Source: an uncultured Candidatus Poseidoniales archaeon (GTDB taxonomy: Archaea > Thermoplasmatota > Poseidoniia > Poseidoniales > Poseidoniaceae). From it: DNA of 64,000 bases. Under the pieces are notes generated by a model. The model was not told the origin of the DNA. It searched no databases and saw nothing but the letters and a program-made list of their open reading frames with translations. The stretch is from positions 336 through 64,335 of the forward strand of contig CAZTGO010000005.1 in assembly GCA_964613395.1 (NCBI GenBank), read 5' to 3'. Of this stretch, positions 9,514 through 18,410 are shown in pieces; position 1 is the first letter of the stretch; the number at the start of each line of letters is the position of its first letter. Made by a program: the position numbers and the translations under genes.

Positions 9514-10554
9514 TCATGAAATTCCATTGTATTTTGAGATTGCAGCATCTGTTTTTTCAACTGATGTTTTCCAATCACTCTCGATACCCATAAGAGCTCG
9601 GATAGCGTCAACGTTTTCTGGAATGACATCCGATTCCTGATGTATGGCCTGGAAATAGTACAACGTGTTTCCTGTCAATTTCACGCCATCCTTCCAAACA
9701 AAGATCTCATGCAAATCACCCCATTTCCTACCAATATCGCGTGCAAATTCCATAACCTCGGCAGTGGATGTGATGCCGGTCTCTGCTCCACTCATGAGAA
9801 TGATTCTTGGTTGAGACGCCCATAAATCGATGACTGATTGTGTTGTTAATCCATGACCTTCGGGTAATGTAACCACAATCGAATGACAGTGCATAATTGT
9901 CGTTGGAACTGCAACTGCCATAGAGTTAATTTCAATTTCTGGACGAACAGTCATCACATCAGGGCCATGATGACTAGGAACCTTGAGCACTGGAGTAATA
10001 GCGTTGATTGGCCCCTTCTTTGAATCACCTGGGTCTGCTGCCCTTCGAATCATTGTGCATTCCACTTTAAGCGAGTTACAGTGATTGTACAATGGAACCA
10101 AGGTTCGAGATAGCCCAGTTGTATTACATGACACAACTCTTGTACCTTCAACATTCAAATTTTCAGCGTGATTTGCAGAGGAGGTGTACGACATTTCGGT
10201 CATCGCATGCTTTTCTCCGCCTTGGAAAATCCATTTTACACCCGCTTGTTGATACACCGCTTTGTTGGCCTCACCAACTTTTCCAGGCGAGCAGTCAATG
10301 ACAATATCCGCAACGGAGAGCAAATCTTGAAGGCCGCCGTGGCAGGTATACCCTGCTTTAGAAAACGCTTCGATTTTCTCTGCATCATCATAAGTGCAGT
10401 ACAAAGGATATCCTTTGCGGACGGCGAGGTCGCAACCAAATGAAGGCCGTGTTTTCGTTACACCGATAATTTCCATATCATCTTGAGCATCAACCGCATC
10501 TGCAACTCTTTTTCCAATTGTACCGTATCCATTGATTGCCACTTTAACGACCAT
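9514..10554 (-). CDS. gap: Glyceraldehyde-3-phosphate dehydrogenase, archaeal type II
   Basis: N-terminal Rossmann motif MVVKVAINGYGTIGKRVADAV and catalytic-Cys motif RVVSCNTTGL. The 346-aa length and overall layout fit phosphorylating archaeal GAPDH. Confidence 0.9.
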   Translation of the reverse strand: MVVKVAINGYGTIGKRVADAVDAQDDMEIIGVTKTRPSFGCDLAVRKGYPLYCTYDDAEKIEAFSKAGYTCHGGLQDLLSVADIVIDCSPGKVGEANKAVYQQAGVKWIFQGGEKHAMTEMSYTSSANHAENLNVEGTRVVSCNTTGLSRTLVPLYNHCNSLKVECTMIRRAADPGDSKKGPINAITPVLKVPSHHGPDVMTVRPEIEINSMAVAVPTTIMHCHSIVVTLPEGHGLTTQSVIDLWASQPRIILMSGAETGITSTAEVMEFARDIGRKWGDLHEIFVWKDGVKLTGNTLYYFQAIHQESDVIPENVDAIRALMGIESDWKTSVEKTDAAISKYNGIS

Positions 10555-10691
10555 CGTTCCTTCCCAATGTGAAGCCCTTGCGTGATGTCAATAAACAATT
10601 CCCTGCCGAATGATTGTATCTTCTCATGAATTTTGGATGATTATTGATAATTTGAAGGAGAGTATTTGACTAAGATGTGCGAGGCATTTGT

Positions 10692-12263
10692 ATGGCGGAT
10701 GTATCAGATGTGGTGCAACGTTCGATGAGCATTAATGAAAAATTGCATCCTCGACTTGCAACTGCTGCCGAGCAGAATGCCATTCTCCGCATAGGTTGGA
10801 CCAACGCTGGCGACCCGGTTCCGAAAAACGGAGAATTGGGTCTCTGCCCAGGTCTACCGGAAGGTGCACGGATTAGGGCACTTGGCAAACTTGGCTCATG
10901 GGTCGCCGCATTTGGTCAAGGTGGAAGTTTCACAGTCCAAGGTAGTACAGAACATTTCCTCGGTGCAGGCAACCGGGGAGTTGCAATCACTTGTGAACAA
11001 TTCGCTGGAAACTTTGCCGGATTTATGATGTACGATGGCGTCATCAAAATTTTGGAAGGTGTCGGTGATGACGCAGGAAGCTCAATGCAAGGTGGCACCT
11101 TATTCATTCGTGGCTCTGCAGGCAAACGCCTCGGAGGAGGGATGAATGACGGACTCATCGTCGTCCACGGCGATGTCGGTGAAGAACCTGGCCTCGGCAT
11201 GACCGGTGGAAAAATCATCATCAATGGAAGATGCCCTCAGCCGCCGGAAGGCGTCATTCTTCGACCACTTACAGATAAAGAAATGAAGGCGATTAACAAG
11301 CAACTTGATGATGATATGGAAATCCCAATCGATGCAGTTTGCTTAACAGTTGAGGAAGATTACCTACAACATTCACATGAAATTTACTCAGCATCAGGAG
11401 ATTTGAGTACAGTTGGACTTGTGCCAGTCAATCATGCACCACTCGAACCGTATACATCTGTTGACACGGTCGCTTTGCTCGGCGACCAAGAAGGCATCGA
11501 AGCAATCGCACTACCTCTGCCAATTTTGCCAATGCTTCAATCCGGTGATACGATGAAACCGAAGGAAGATTTACCAGTTCAATTCAAACACATGCTCAAC
11601 AGTCAACCAGCAGTTGTTTGTGCCAATCCTCGAGCGATTGACCTCGCATATGTGTGTAAAGACACGATAGAGAATTTGGCTGAATTGATGGCCGATGTTT
11701 CAGGATTTGTCATCGACTTTGATTCCTTCCCTAGCCTTAGCGCAGAAGAAATTGACGGCCTTCTCGTTGCACTCAAGGGGCTATCAAAACCAAACATTCC
11801 TGTCGTTTCAATTCAATCATTATCGTTTGTTCAAACTCAACATCAACGCAGTATGAGCCACGATATCCATCTTGCTTTGAGCCGATTGGAAGACGGAAGT
11901 GGCTCTCCATACGTTGCAGCTCTTCCAATGATCGGTAGGTCATCAAAATCCAATTTATCATCTACTAATCTGCCAGGTGCATGCAGTGAACTTGCTCTTC
12001 ACGGCCATGACCTTGCAGTTCTGATTGCAAGTGGTATGCCGATATCATGCTGCACATGTCCGGTTGAGCAAACAGAGGACATCGCAATTTGGCTTCACGA
12101 CATCCAATCCGACCTCTCGAATACTTTGAGACGAATTGGTGTATCAACAATAGATGCTCTTTCTCGAGCACACCTACGTGCCCTAGACTATGAAACAGCA
12201 GCACTCAGTGGATTACGACTCGCAGGTTATGAACGCCCACTTCCGCATTGGTTCTCGAGTTGA
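10692..12263 (+). CDS. Glutamate-synthase-like protein: N-terminal GXGXG beta-helix domain (GltB domain 3 / FwdC type) fused to a degenerate GltB FMN-domain-like C-terminal half
   Basis: Repeated Gly motifs GVGDDAGSSMQGGTLFIRGSAGKRLGGGMNDGLIVVHGDVGEEPGLGMTGGKIIING. The C-terminal part, ...HGHDLAVLIASGMPISCCTCPVEQ...LRRIGVSTIDALSRAHL, resembles the end of the GltB TIM barrel. The track start 10677 is GTG; I prefer ATG 10692 (MADVSD). Confidence 0.6.
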   Translation: MADVSDVVQRSMSINEKLHPRLATAAEQNAILRIGWTNAGDPVPKNGELGLCPGLPEGARIRALGKLGSWVAAFGQGGSFTVQGSTEHFLGAGNRGVAITCEQFAGNFAGFMMYDGVIKILEGVGDDAGSSMQGGTLFIRGSAGKRLGGGMNDGLIVVHGDVGEEPGLGMTGGKIIINGRCPQPPEGVILRPLTDKEMKAINKQLDDDMEIPIDAVCLTVEEDYLQHSHEIYSASGDLSTVGLVPVNHAPLEPYTSVDTVALLGDQEGIEAIALPLPILPMLQSGDTMKPKEDLPVQFKHMLNSQPAVVCANPRAIDLAYVCKDTIENLAELMADVSGFVIDFDSFPSLSAEEIDGLLVALKGLSKPNIPVVSIQSLSFVQTQHQRSMSHDIHLALSRLEDGSGSPYVAALPMIGRSSKSNLSSTNLPGACSELALHGHDLAVLIASGMPISCCTCPVEQTEDIAIWLHDIQSDLSNTLRRIGVSTIDALSRAHLRALDYETAALSGLRLAGYERPLPHWFSS

Positions 12264-12267
12264 TAAC

Positions 12268-13959
12268 ATGCCAACCATTACCATTCAACAGACTTTGCTC
12301 AAGCAGTTTCTTGAAGCACAGGGCATTCATCTCGAGCATCAACAAATTATCGACGAATTACCTCTTTTGGGCACAGACGTTGACCGATGTGATGATGATG
12401 AATTGGTTGTTGAAATATTTCCTGACCGCCCGGATTTGCTCTCTGGCGAAACCCTATCCTATGCTCTCGGCCCGTTTCTTTGTAACAAGGAAGCAAATCC
12501 GTCCCTTGACATAAATGAGTCAGATGTTTCGATGACCGCAGACCCTTCGCTTGAACATGTACGCCCATTAGTTTACGGTGCGGTTGTTCGAAATGTGAAT
12601 GTCGATGAATCGCAGGCTGATGATTTTATCAAACTCTTGATGGATCATCAGGAAAAATTGCATTTTGCCATCGGAAGAGGTCGCCGAAGAGCGTCGATAG
12701 GTGTACATGATTTTGATACTCTGAAGCCACCTTTTCATGTGACAACTGTGAACAGAGATTACAAATTCACACCACTTGGTCACGAACAGGATATGACTAT
12801 TGAACAAATTCTAGAAACTCACCCGAAAGGCATCGAATATGCTCACCTCCTGCAAGAAAACGAAATGGTTCCAATCATTCTCGATGCTGACGAAAGAGTT
12901 CTTTCCTTTCCACCCGTCATCAACGGTAGCCACACAACCGTAACAACTAACACGAAGAATTTCTTTATCGATGTCACTGGTTGGGATGCAAAAGCATGTG
13001 AATGCTCAGTGTTGCTCATAGCGTTACAATTGCAGGCATGGGGCGGCACAATCGAAAGCATTCAATTGACCGATATCAATGGCGAGACGAAGATGTTTCC
13101 AATGGACACTCCTGAACGTCATACAATCAAACGCTCATTGGTTCAATCCTTCCTCGGACGAGACTTCACCGACGAGGAATTATCTTCCGCACTCAATCGA
13201 ATGGGTGGCTCGTACATCGCTTCGGACCATGGCGATTCAATTGTAGTCGATATGCCTCGATGGAGATATGATCTGCTCCATCCAGTCGATATCGTTGAAG
13301 ACATTGCCATTGGCCATGGCTATGAAGACTTAGGGGTTCAGCAACCAACCATCGCGATGACTGGTGAACCGAGAAAAGATGCACATCTTCGAAGAAGAAT
13401 CCGAGATTCAATGCAAGGAATGGGCTTTATGCAAGTGCAATCGTTGACCCTTTCAAATGAAGAGGACCAATTCGTGAAAGTGCGTTGGCAGCAAACTCAC
13501 GACGTCACATCGATTGCAAATCCGATCACCACCGAACACACGATGCTCAGACAATTTATCCTTCCGAGTTTAATGAAACTCTTGGCCTCAAACAAACATC
13601 ACGACTTGCCTCAACAAGTCTATGAACTCGGAACAGTTGTGCGAAACCACAAAAATTCGACGAGACTTTCATTCCTTTCCGCTGAGCGAAGTGGAGGCTT
13701 TGCATCTTTGCGTGGACGAATTCAAGCTTTTTGTCGAGACCTCGGCATTACAGATTGGCACCTTGAACCCCTCGAAGCAGGCGATGGACCGTTTCTTGCA
13801 GGGCGAGGTGCAAAATTGTTGGTTCGAGGAACATGGGTTGGATGTGTGGGTGAACTTGACCCACATGTCTCTATGTCATTTGATTTGCGAGTCCCGATTT
13901 CAGGGGCTGACATCGATATCGATGAACTTGCTCTTCTCATCGATGACCCTGTTGGATGA
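12268..13959 (+). CDS. pheT: Phenylalanine--tRNA ligase beta subunit, archaeal type
   Basis: MPTITIQQTLLKQFL...VEIFPDRPDLLSGETLSYAL is a typical archaeal PheT N-terminus, followed by B3/4- and B5-like regions. ATG 12268 lies 5 nt after the upstream stop (12261-12263). The track start 12190 would overlap that gene by 74 nt. Confidence 0.9.
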   Translation: MPTITIQQTLLKQFLEAQGIHLEHQQIIDELPLLGTDVDRCDDDELVVEIFPDRPDLLSGETLSYALGPFLCNKEANPSLDINESDVSMTADPSLEHVRPLVYGAVVRNVNVDESQADDFIKLLMDHQEKLHFAIGRGRRRASIGVHDFDTLKPPFHVTTVNRDYKFTPLGHEQDMTIEQILETHPKGIEYAHLLQENEMVPIILDADERVLSFPPVINGSHTTVTTNTKNFFIDVTGWDAKACECSVLLIALQLQAWGGTIESIQLTDINGETKMFPMDTPERHTIKRSLVQSFLGRDFTDEELSSALNRMGGSYIASDHGDSIVVDMPRWRYDLLHPVDIVEDIAIGHGYEDLGVQQPTIAMTGEPRKDAHLRRRIRDSMQGMGFMQVQSLTLSNEEDQFVKVRWQQTHDVTSIANPITTEHTMLRQFILPSLMKLLASNKHHDLPQQVYELGTVVRNHKNSTRLSFLSAERSGGFASLRGRIQAFCRDLGITDWHLEPLEAGDGPFLAGRGAKLLVRGTWVGCVGELDPHVSMSFDLRVPISGADIDIDELALLIDDPVG

Positions 13960-13965
13960 TTGAGC

Positions 13966-14637
13966 ATGTGCGGACGTTTTGCACTTGCGAATCAATTAAG
14001 CAGCCTCACAGATATCATCGATAACCAACCGACGACAGAATTCATTTCATCCATTGAGCCCTCTTGGAATGTCGCCCCTACACAAAAAGTTCCAACCGTG
14101 ATGTTTGACTCAACCTTGAACCAAACCACCATAGGTCTTGCTTCGTGGGGCTTTCGTCCTTCATGGTCCAGTCCATCAAAAATTGAGCCGATCAACGCTC
14201 AAATTGAAACTGCATCAACAAAACCAATGTTTCGACAAGCCTGGGCGACAAAACGTTGCATCATCCCATTCGATGGTTGGTATGAATGGAAATCGACGCC
14301 TCTTGGAAAACAACCCTTCTATCTTCATGTCCAATCCGAAGAACCGGTTTACTTTGCTGGTCTTTGGGATACTTGGTACGGAGAAAGGAACAACGATGGG
14401 TTGACATCAACGGTCATTTTGACGACTGAAGCAGTGCCTTCATTACAAGAAATTCATCATCGAATGCCGGTCTTGGTGGGTAAATCACAACTTGGTTCAT
14501 GGCTCAACTTTGGACAAATCGAATTGAATGAATCGATCGCATTCGCATTTCATGCAGTATCGAAGAGAGTGAATTCTGTTCAAAATAATGGACCCGACCT
14601 CGTTGAGAGAGTCTCTGGTTTGGCAGATTACTGGTAA
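13966..14637 (+). CDS. SOS-response-associated peptidase (SRAP/YedK/HMCES family), abasic-site processing protein
   Basis: The family-defining N-terminus MCGRFAL, with the catalytic Cys at position 2, appears only if translation starts at ATG 13966; the track start 13960 is TTG. Later motifs are WNVAPTQ, PFDGWYEWK and HHRMPV. Confidence 0.85.
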   Translation: MCGRFALANQLSSLTDIIDNQPTTEFISSIEPSWNVAPTQKVPTVMFDSTLNQTTIGLASWGFRPSWSSPSKIEPINAQIETASTKPMFRQAWATKRCIIPFDGWYEWKSTPLGKQPFYLHVQSEEPVYFAGLWDTWYGERNNDGLTSTVILTTEAVPSLQEIHHRMPVLVGKSQLGSWLNFGQIELNESIAFAFHAVSKRVNSVQNNGPDLVERVSGLADYW

Positions 14638-15086
14638 GGCTTGTACGAACCATCAGGATTTTTCACATATGGTGTCGATTCGTAGCCACCGCCTTCTTTT
14701 TCTTTGTAGTAGTACCCATCGGTGTGATGCAAATACTTCGCTTCTGGCTGGGGTTCCGGAGTTGGTGCAGGCGTTGGTTCGGGCACAGACTCGACTCCTG
14801 ACGTTGATTCAGGTTCAGCAGGGGTTACTTTTTCCGGTTCAGCTGGTTTTTCCATCGTGTTGACAACGCCCTCGTAATTGTCGCTCTGGTTCTCCGATGC
14901 GACGACATCTGTGTTACCTCCCCCGAAAAGTGCAAGTGCGTCTTTGTAGGCTTGGTCATCAACACGCTGCTGTGAATCTCGTGCGAACGGGTCCTCACCT
15001 TTGCTATACACGACCTTTTGAGGTTGTTCGTCGGGTAATCTATCAACGGTTTCTTTGGATTTCTTAAACGGCCAAATTGGTGCCAT
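14628..15086 (-). CDS. Hypothetical acidic, Pro-rich, probably disordered protein with an aromatic C-terminal peptide
   Basis: A 152-aa ORF exactly fills the gap between the SRAP gene and the divergent 15176 gene. No TM helix or signal peptide. It ends ...PEPTPAPTPEPQPEAKYLHHTDGYYYKEKEGGGYESTPYVKNPDGSYKPYQ. Low-complexity composition makes the coding call less certain. Confidence 0.5.
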   Translation of the reverse strand: MAPIWPFKKSKETVDRLPDEQPQKVVYSKGEDPFARDSQQRVDDQAYKDALALFGGGNTDVVASENQSDNYEGVVNTMEKPAEPEKVTPAEPESTSGVESVPEPTPAPTPEPQPEAKYLHHTDGYYYKEKEGGGYESTPYVKNPDGSYKPYQ

Positions 15087-15175
15087 ACCGCCTTGGAGAA
15101 ATTAGGCCTACATCAATGCTCCCACAAGGCTCAACGATGGGTGGGCTTCAAATTCTTTCGTGACCTGGGAATTAC

Positions 15176-17632
15176 ATGCGGTGGGTAAACGTCATACTCA
15201 TTCTCATTGTTTTAACCCCGCTGCTATCAACATTACACGATATGAATGTCGTTGCTGAATCTCAGGATTTCACAAGTGTAGGTCCAAATTCAATGATTAT
15301 ACATCAAAATGAAGAAAAGTCCAGTTATGTCACTATTCATAACACTCGGGGCGAATACCAAAATTTCACAATTGAGTTGTATTCGATCGATGAACCTCTT
15401 GAAGTCGTCAATTTACCGCTATCAGAGATTCTTGTGAACAACCATCTCAAACAATTTCAAATCGGATACTATGCACCTTCGAACGCTTCATTTGGAACAT
15501 ATAGCGTAATCCTTCAAATTTCGAGCAATATCGAATCTGTTGCACCACAATTTTTCTATCTCAACATCACAGTAGCACCATATTCAAACCTCGATTTTTG
15601 GGTCGGTGAAGAATCCGATTTATTGGTTGATGGCGGCATTCGGACATCTGTGGCTGTGAATATTACAAACAATGCGTCCCTCCAAGATGTTGTAACATTT
15701 GACCTTGGTGCAAATGCAAATTGGCAATGGGGGTGGGTGATGACAACGGTCGAAAACAGCTCAGCAATAATTACAATGGAACCAGGGTCACTGCATTATG
15801 TGTATTTTTGGATTGATGTCCCAATGGTGCAGGACGCGATGCCACTATCGGGAACAGGGCCCAAATTTACGCTAACTGCAACTTCAAGTTTAGATTTTGA
15901 AACCACTACATGGGATTTAAACTTGAAAATGAGCACCTTCAGAAATGTCAGCATCGACCGAAGCGATGAGAACATTATTCTCGCACCTGGACAAGATGGG
16001 CGATTGAAAATTGATGTGAGAAACAATGGGAATATCGCCAACAAGATGAACATTACACTTCAAGCAATCGATGAAGATGGTAACGACATTGTTGACATTC
16101 CAGCCTCGGATAGATTCAATGTTGATGGATGGACGATTGCACTTTTTGGTGGTCTCGAGGATATTGAGATTCAACCGAATGCAACGAGGGTGTTGGAAAT
16201 TGGTTTCCAGTCCCCGTATGAATTCGATGGCGATGTTCATGTTCAATTGCAAATTTTCCCCAGCGGTGCGAAGGAAAGAAAACAAACCATCGATGTAACT
16301 GCGTCGATTGAAAGAACCAAAGATCTTGAAAGTACATATTCCACAAGTGGTTGTTTGAATCTCCTCCCTTCAGAATCATGCACAAACAGTATTTCGATCA
16401 CAAATCTGGGGAATGCAAGAGACACCTATGTTCTTCGACAATCCGAACCAGATGACATCGTCGATGTATCCCTTCCAACTGATTCACTCACCATCGTGAA
16501 TGATTTCAGTGATTCATTCGAAAACATTGTCTTCACTGCAAAAAATGATTCAATTGCTTTTGTTGAGGGCGTTATCGAAATTGAAATTCTTGACGATGCT
16601 TTCGAAATCTCGGATTTGATTCGAATACCTTACAAAATTGGACCAAGAGTGCTATGGAATTTTTCGAACGTGACAGAATCCATCGATGATAAAGGAATGA
16701 TGAGTATCCAAATGAATGTGAGAAATGACGGAAACGCCATCGATGGACTTCTTGTGCAACTTCGTTCTAGTCATAACACTGAAATGGCATTCATTCCTCC
16801 ATTTATCGCTGAAGTTGAAGAAGGTGTTGAAAATCCTCGTTCGTTTGAAGTCAATGAAATTCCTTTGGGTTATAATTTCACCATCGAGGCATGGGTACAA
16901 TTACCTATGGATCAGTCTTCCAATGGTACCGTTTACATCAACACTACAATTCGCTCAAAGTTTGCTCCAGAGATTGAATTTGTCCATATGAGTACAGGTG
17001 ATTACCTTGGCATTCCTTGGCAACCTGAACCAAAGGAGGAAGATAAATTCACACTTCCAGAATTTTTTTCGACATCTGTGTTGTACCTCAAAGCCTGGTC
17101 GGGTTTTATCGTGACAGTATTGTTCTCCGGCCTTATCATCTACAAAGCAGTCCTTGATCGGAATAAGCGATTAGAAGAACAAAAAGCACTAGAGATTCCA
17201 TTCGAAGAAAAAACCACTGAAACGGATGCAGATTGGCTAGCTAAATTTCAACGCAAAGAAGTGCAAGAAGATAATTCTCAAAATACAGAAGTTCCAAAAG
17301 ATGCATTTGAGACGATGTTTCGCATGAGGGCCCAACCCAAAGAGGTGGCACAACCGATAGATAGGGATGTAAAAGAACAATCAACAATGGTGTTGCAGCA
17401 AGGAGAACTTGAACGTAGTAAACATCAAGCAAACCGAATTCTCGATACGATTCAACAACAAGGTGTTGCAATGCCACATCCTAACAACAAGGATTTGAAT
17501 GTTCAAGAATTCAACACAGAACGAACACAACGGCATGATACGCAAAATTTGCTACAGCCGGAAGGAAGTCCACACGAATCTCCGAATGATGCGGTGCAAT
17601 TACCTGAAATGATTGACCTCGACGAATTATGA
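15176..17632 (+). CDS. Large surface protein with CARDB/S-layer-like beta-sandwich repeats, C-terminal TM helix and charged cytoplasmic tail
   Basis: Signal peptide MRWVNVILILIVLTPLLSTLHDMNVVA. Repeat motifs are VAVNITNNASL, IDVRNNGNIANKM, ISITNLGNARDTY and MNVRNDGNAIDGL. TM helix AWSGFIVTVLFSGLIIY, followed by a tail of about 170 aa rich in K/E/Q. Confidence 0.8.
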   Translation: MRWVNVILILIVLTPLLSTLHDMNVVAESQDFTSVGPNSMIIHQNEEKSSYVTIHNTRGEYQNFTIELYSIDEPLEVVNLPLSEILVNNHLKQFQIGYYAPSNASFGTYSVILQISSNIESVAPQFFYLNITVAPYSNLDFWVGEESDLLVDGGIRTSVAVNITNNASLQDVVTFDLGANANWQWGWVMTTVENSSAIITMEPGSLHYVYFWIDVPMVQDAMPLSGTGPKFTLTATSSLDFETTTWDLNLKMSTFRNVSIDRSDENIILAPGQDGRLKIDVRNNGNIANKMNITLQAIDEDGNDIVDIPASDRFNVDGWTIALFGGLEDIEIQPNATRVLEIGFQSPYEFDGDVHVQLQIFPSGAKERKQTIDVTASIERTKDLESTYSTSGCLNLLPSESCTNSISITNLGNARDTYVLRQSEPDDIVDVSLPTDSLTIVNDFSDSFENIVFTAKNDSIAFVEGVIEIEILDDAFEISDLIRIPYKIGPRVLWNFSNVTESIDDKGMMSIQMNVRNDGNAIDGLLVQLRSSHNTEMAFIPPFIAEVEEGVENPRSFEVNEIPLGYNFTIEAWVQLPMDQSSNGTVYINTTIRSKFAPEIEFVHMSTGDYLGIPWQPEPKEEDKFTLPEFFSTSVLYLKAWSGFIVTVLFSGLIIYKAVLDRNKRLEEQKALEIPFEEKTTETDADWLAKFQRKEVQEDNSQNTEVPKDAFETMFRMRAQPKEVAQPIDRDVKEQSTMVLQQGELERSKHQANRILDTIQQQGVAMPHPNNKDLNVQEFNTERTQRHDTQNLLQPEGSPHESPNDAVQLPEMIDLDEL

Positions 17633-17638
17633 AGGTGA
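17633..17638 (+). promoter_or_regulatory. Shine-Dalgarno-like AGGTGA upstream of the rnhB ATG at 17643
   Basis: The sequence reads gaAGGTGAgagcATG with a 4-nt spacer. This supports the downstream start rather than the TTG at 17613. Confidence 0.45.
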
Positions 17639-17642
17639 GAGC

Positions 17643-18362
17643 ATGTGGTTGTGCGGAATCGATGAAGCGGGCAGAGGTCCAGTTCTCGGACCACTTGTCA
17701 TAGCGATGTGTTCAATCCCGGACGGAGATGCTCACATGCTAGAAGAACAGGATGTCGATGATTCAAAGAAATTGTCTTTTGCAAGAAGAAACGAATTGGT
17801 TGAATGGTTCAATCAACAAAAAGAAAAAAGAAAATGGCGAAGTCATGTCATCCTCTGTTCGCCCGAAGAAATTGATTGTGCGGTTTATGACCAAGAACTC
17901 AATCTCCTCGAAGCCAAAAAATTTGCAGAAGCAATTGATGGAGGATTGCTTGAGGAACCTACTGTGATTTTTGCTGATGCATGTGATACAAGCACATCAC
18001 GATTCACCCAGAGAATCATCCAGCATTCTACCTCCTGGAACAAGGAATTGTATGCCTTAACAAGCGAACACAAAGCAGATCAGAACCACAGAATTGTGAG
18101 CATGGCAAGTATTCTCGCAAAGTACCACAGAGATACTGCGATGTTGGAGTTACAACAAGAGATGGATGTCGAAATCGGTTCGGGTTATCCAAGCGACCCA
18201 AAAACAAAAATGGCATTGAAAGGACTGGTAAAGCCACCCCAACCTCATGAATCTCTTCGTTGGTCATGGAAAACAGTTGAAACATATTGGAATGAACACT
18301 ACTCGACACCCTTACCTATGCGCAAATCGTATCACTCAACACAACAAACAACGCTCTTTTGA
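17643..18362 (+). CDS. rnhB: Ribonuclease HII
   Basis: MWLCGIDEAGRGPVLGPLVIA (DEAGRG active-site motif), DSKKL and ADACD. ATG 17643 follows the upstream stop at 17630-17632. Confidence 0.9.
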   Translation: MWLCGIDEAGRGPVLGPLVIAMCSIPDGDAHMLEEQDVDDSKKLSFARRNELVEWFNQQKEKRKWRSHVILCSPEEIDCAVYDQELNLLEAKKFAEAIDGGLLEEPTVIFADACDTSTSRFTQRIIQHSTSWNKELYALTSEHKADQNHRIVSMASILAKYHRDTAMLELQQEMDVEIGSGYPSDPKTKMALKGLVKPPQPHESLRWSWKTVETYWNEHYSTPLPMRKSYHSTQQTTLF

Positions 18363-18410
18363 TTGTTTAGAGGAATGGAACATTGATGAAGAAGAGCATC
18401 TCCGGTAGGG

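Noticed and set aside
10675-10728. Possible 17-codon upstream ORF (ATG 10675, MCEAFVWRMYQMWCNVR*) after an AGGAG at 10656
   Set aside because: It is out of frame with, and overlaps, the start of the GXGXG gene. It is too short and unsupported to call, and I could not distinguish it from chance.
12190-12267. N-terminal extensions produced by the longest-ORF track (also 10677, 13960, 17613, 22611, 24526, 29743, 31754, 33514, 46347, 47313, 58073)
   Set aside because: The track accepts GTG/TTG and takes the longest ORF. In each case a downstream ATG restores a canonical family N-terminus (MPTI.., MCGRF.., MWLCGIDEAGRG, MARMYTSRKGKSG, MRILVTGFEPFG, signal peptides), removes overlap with the neighbouring gene, or both.
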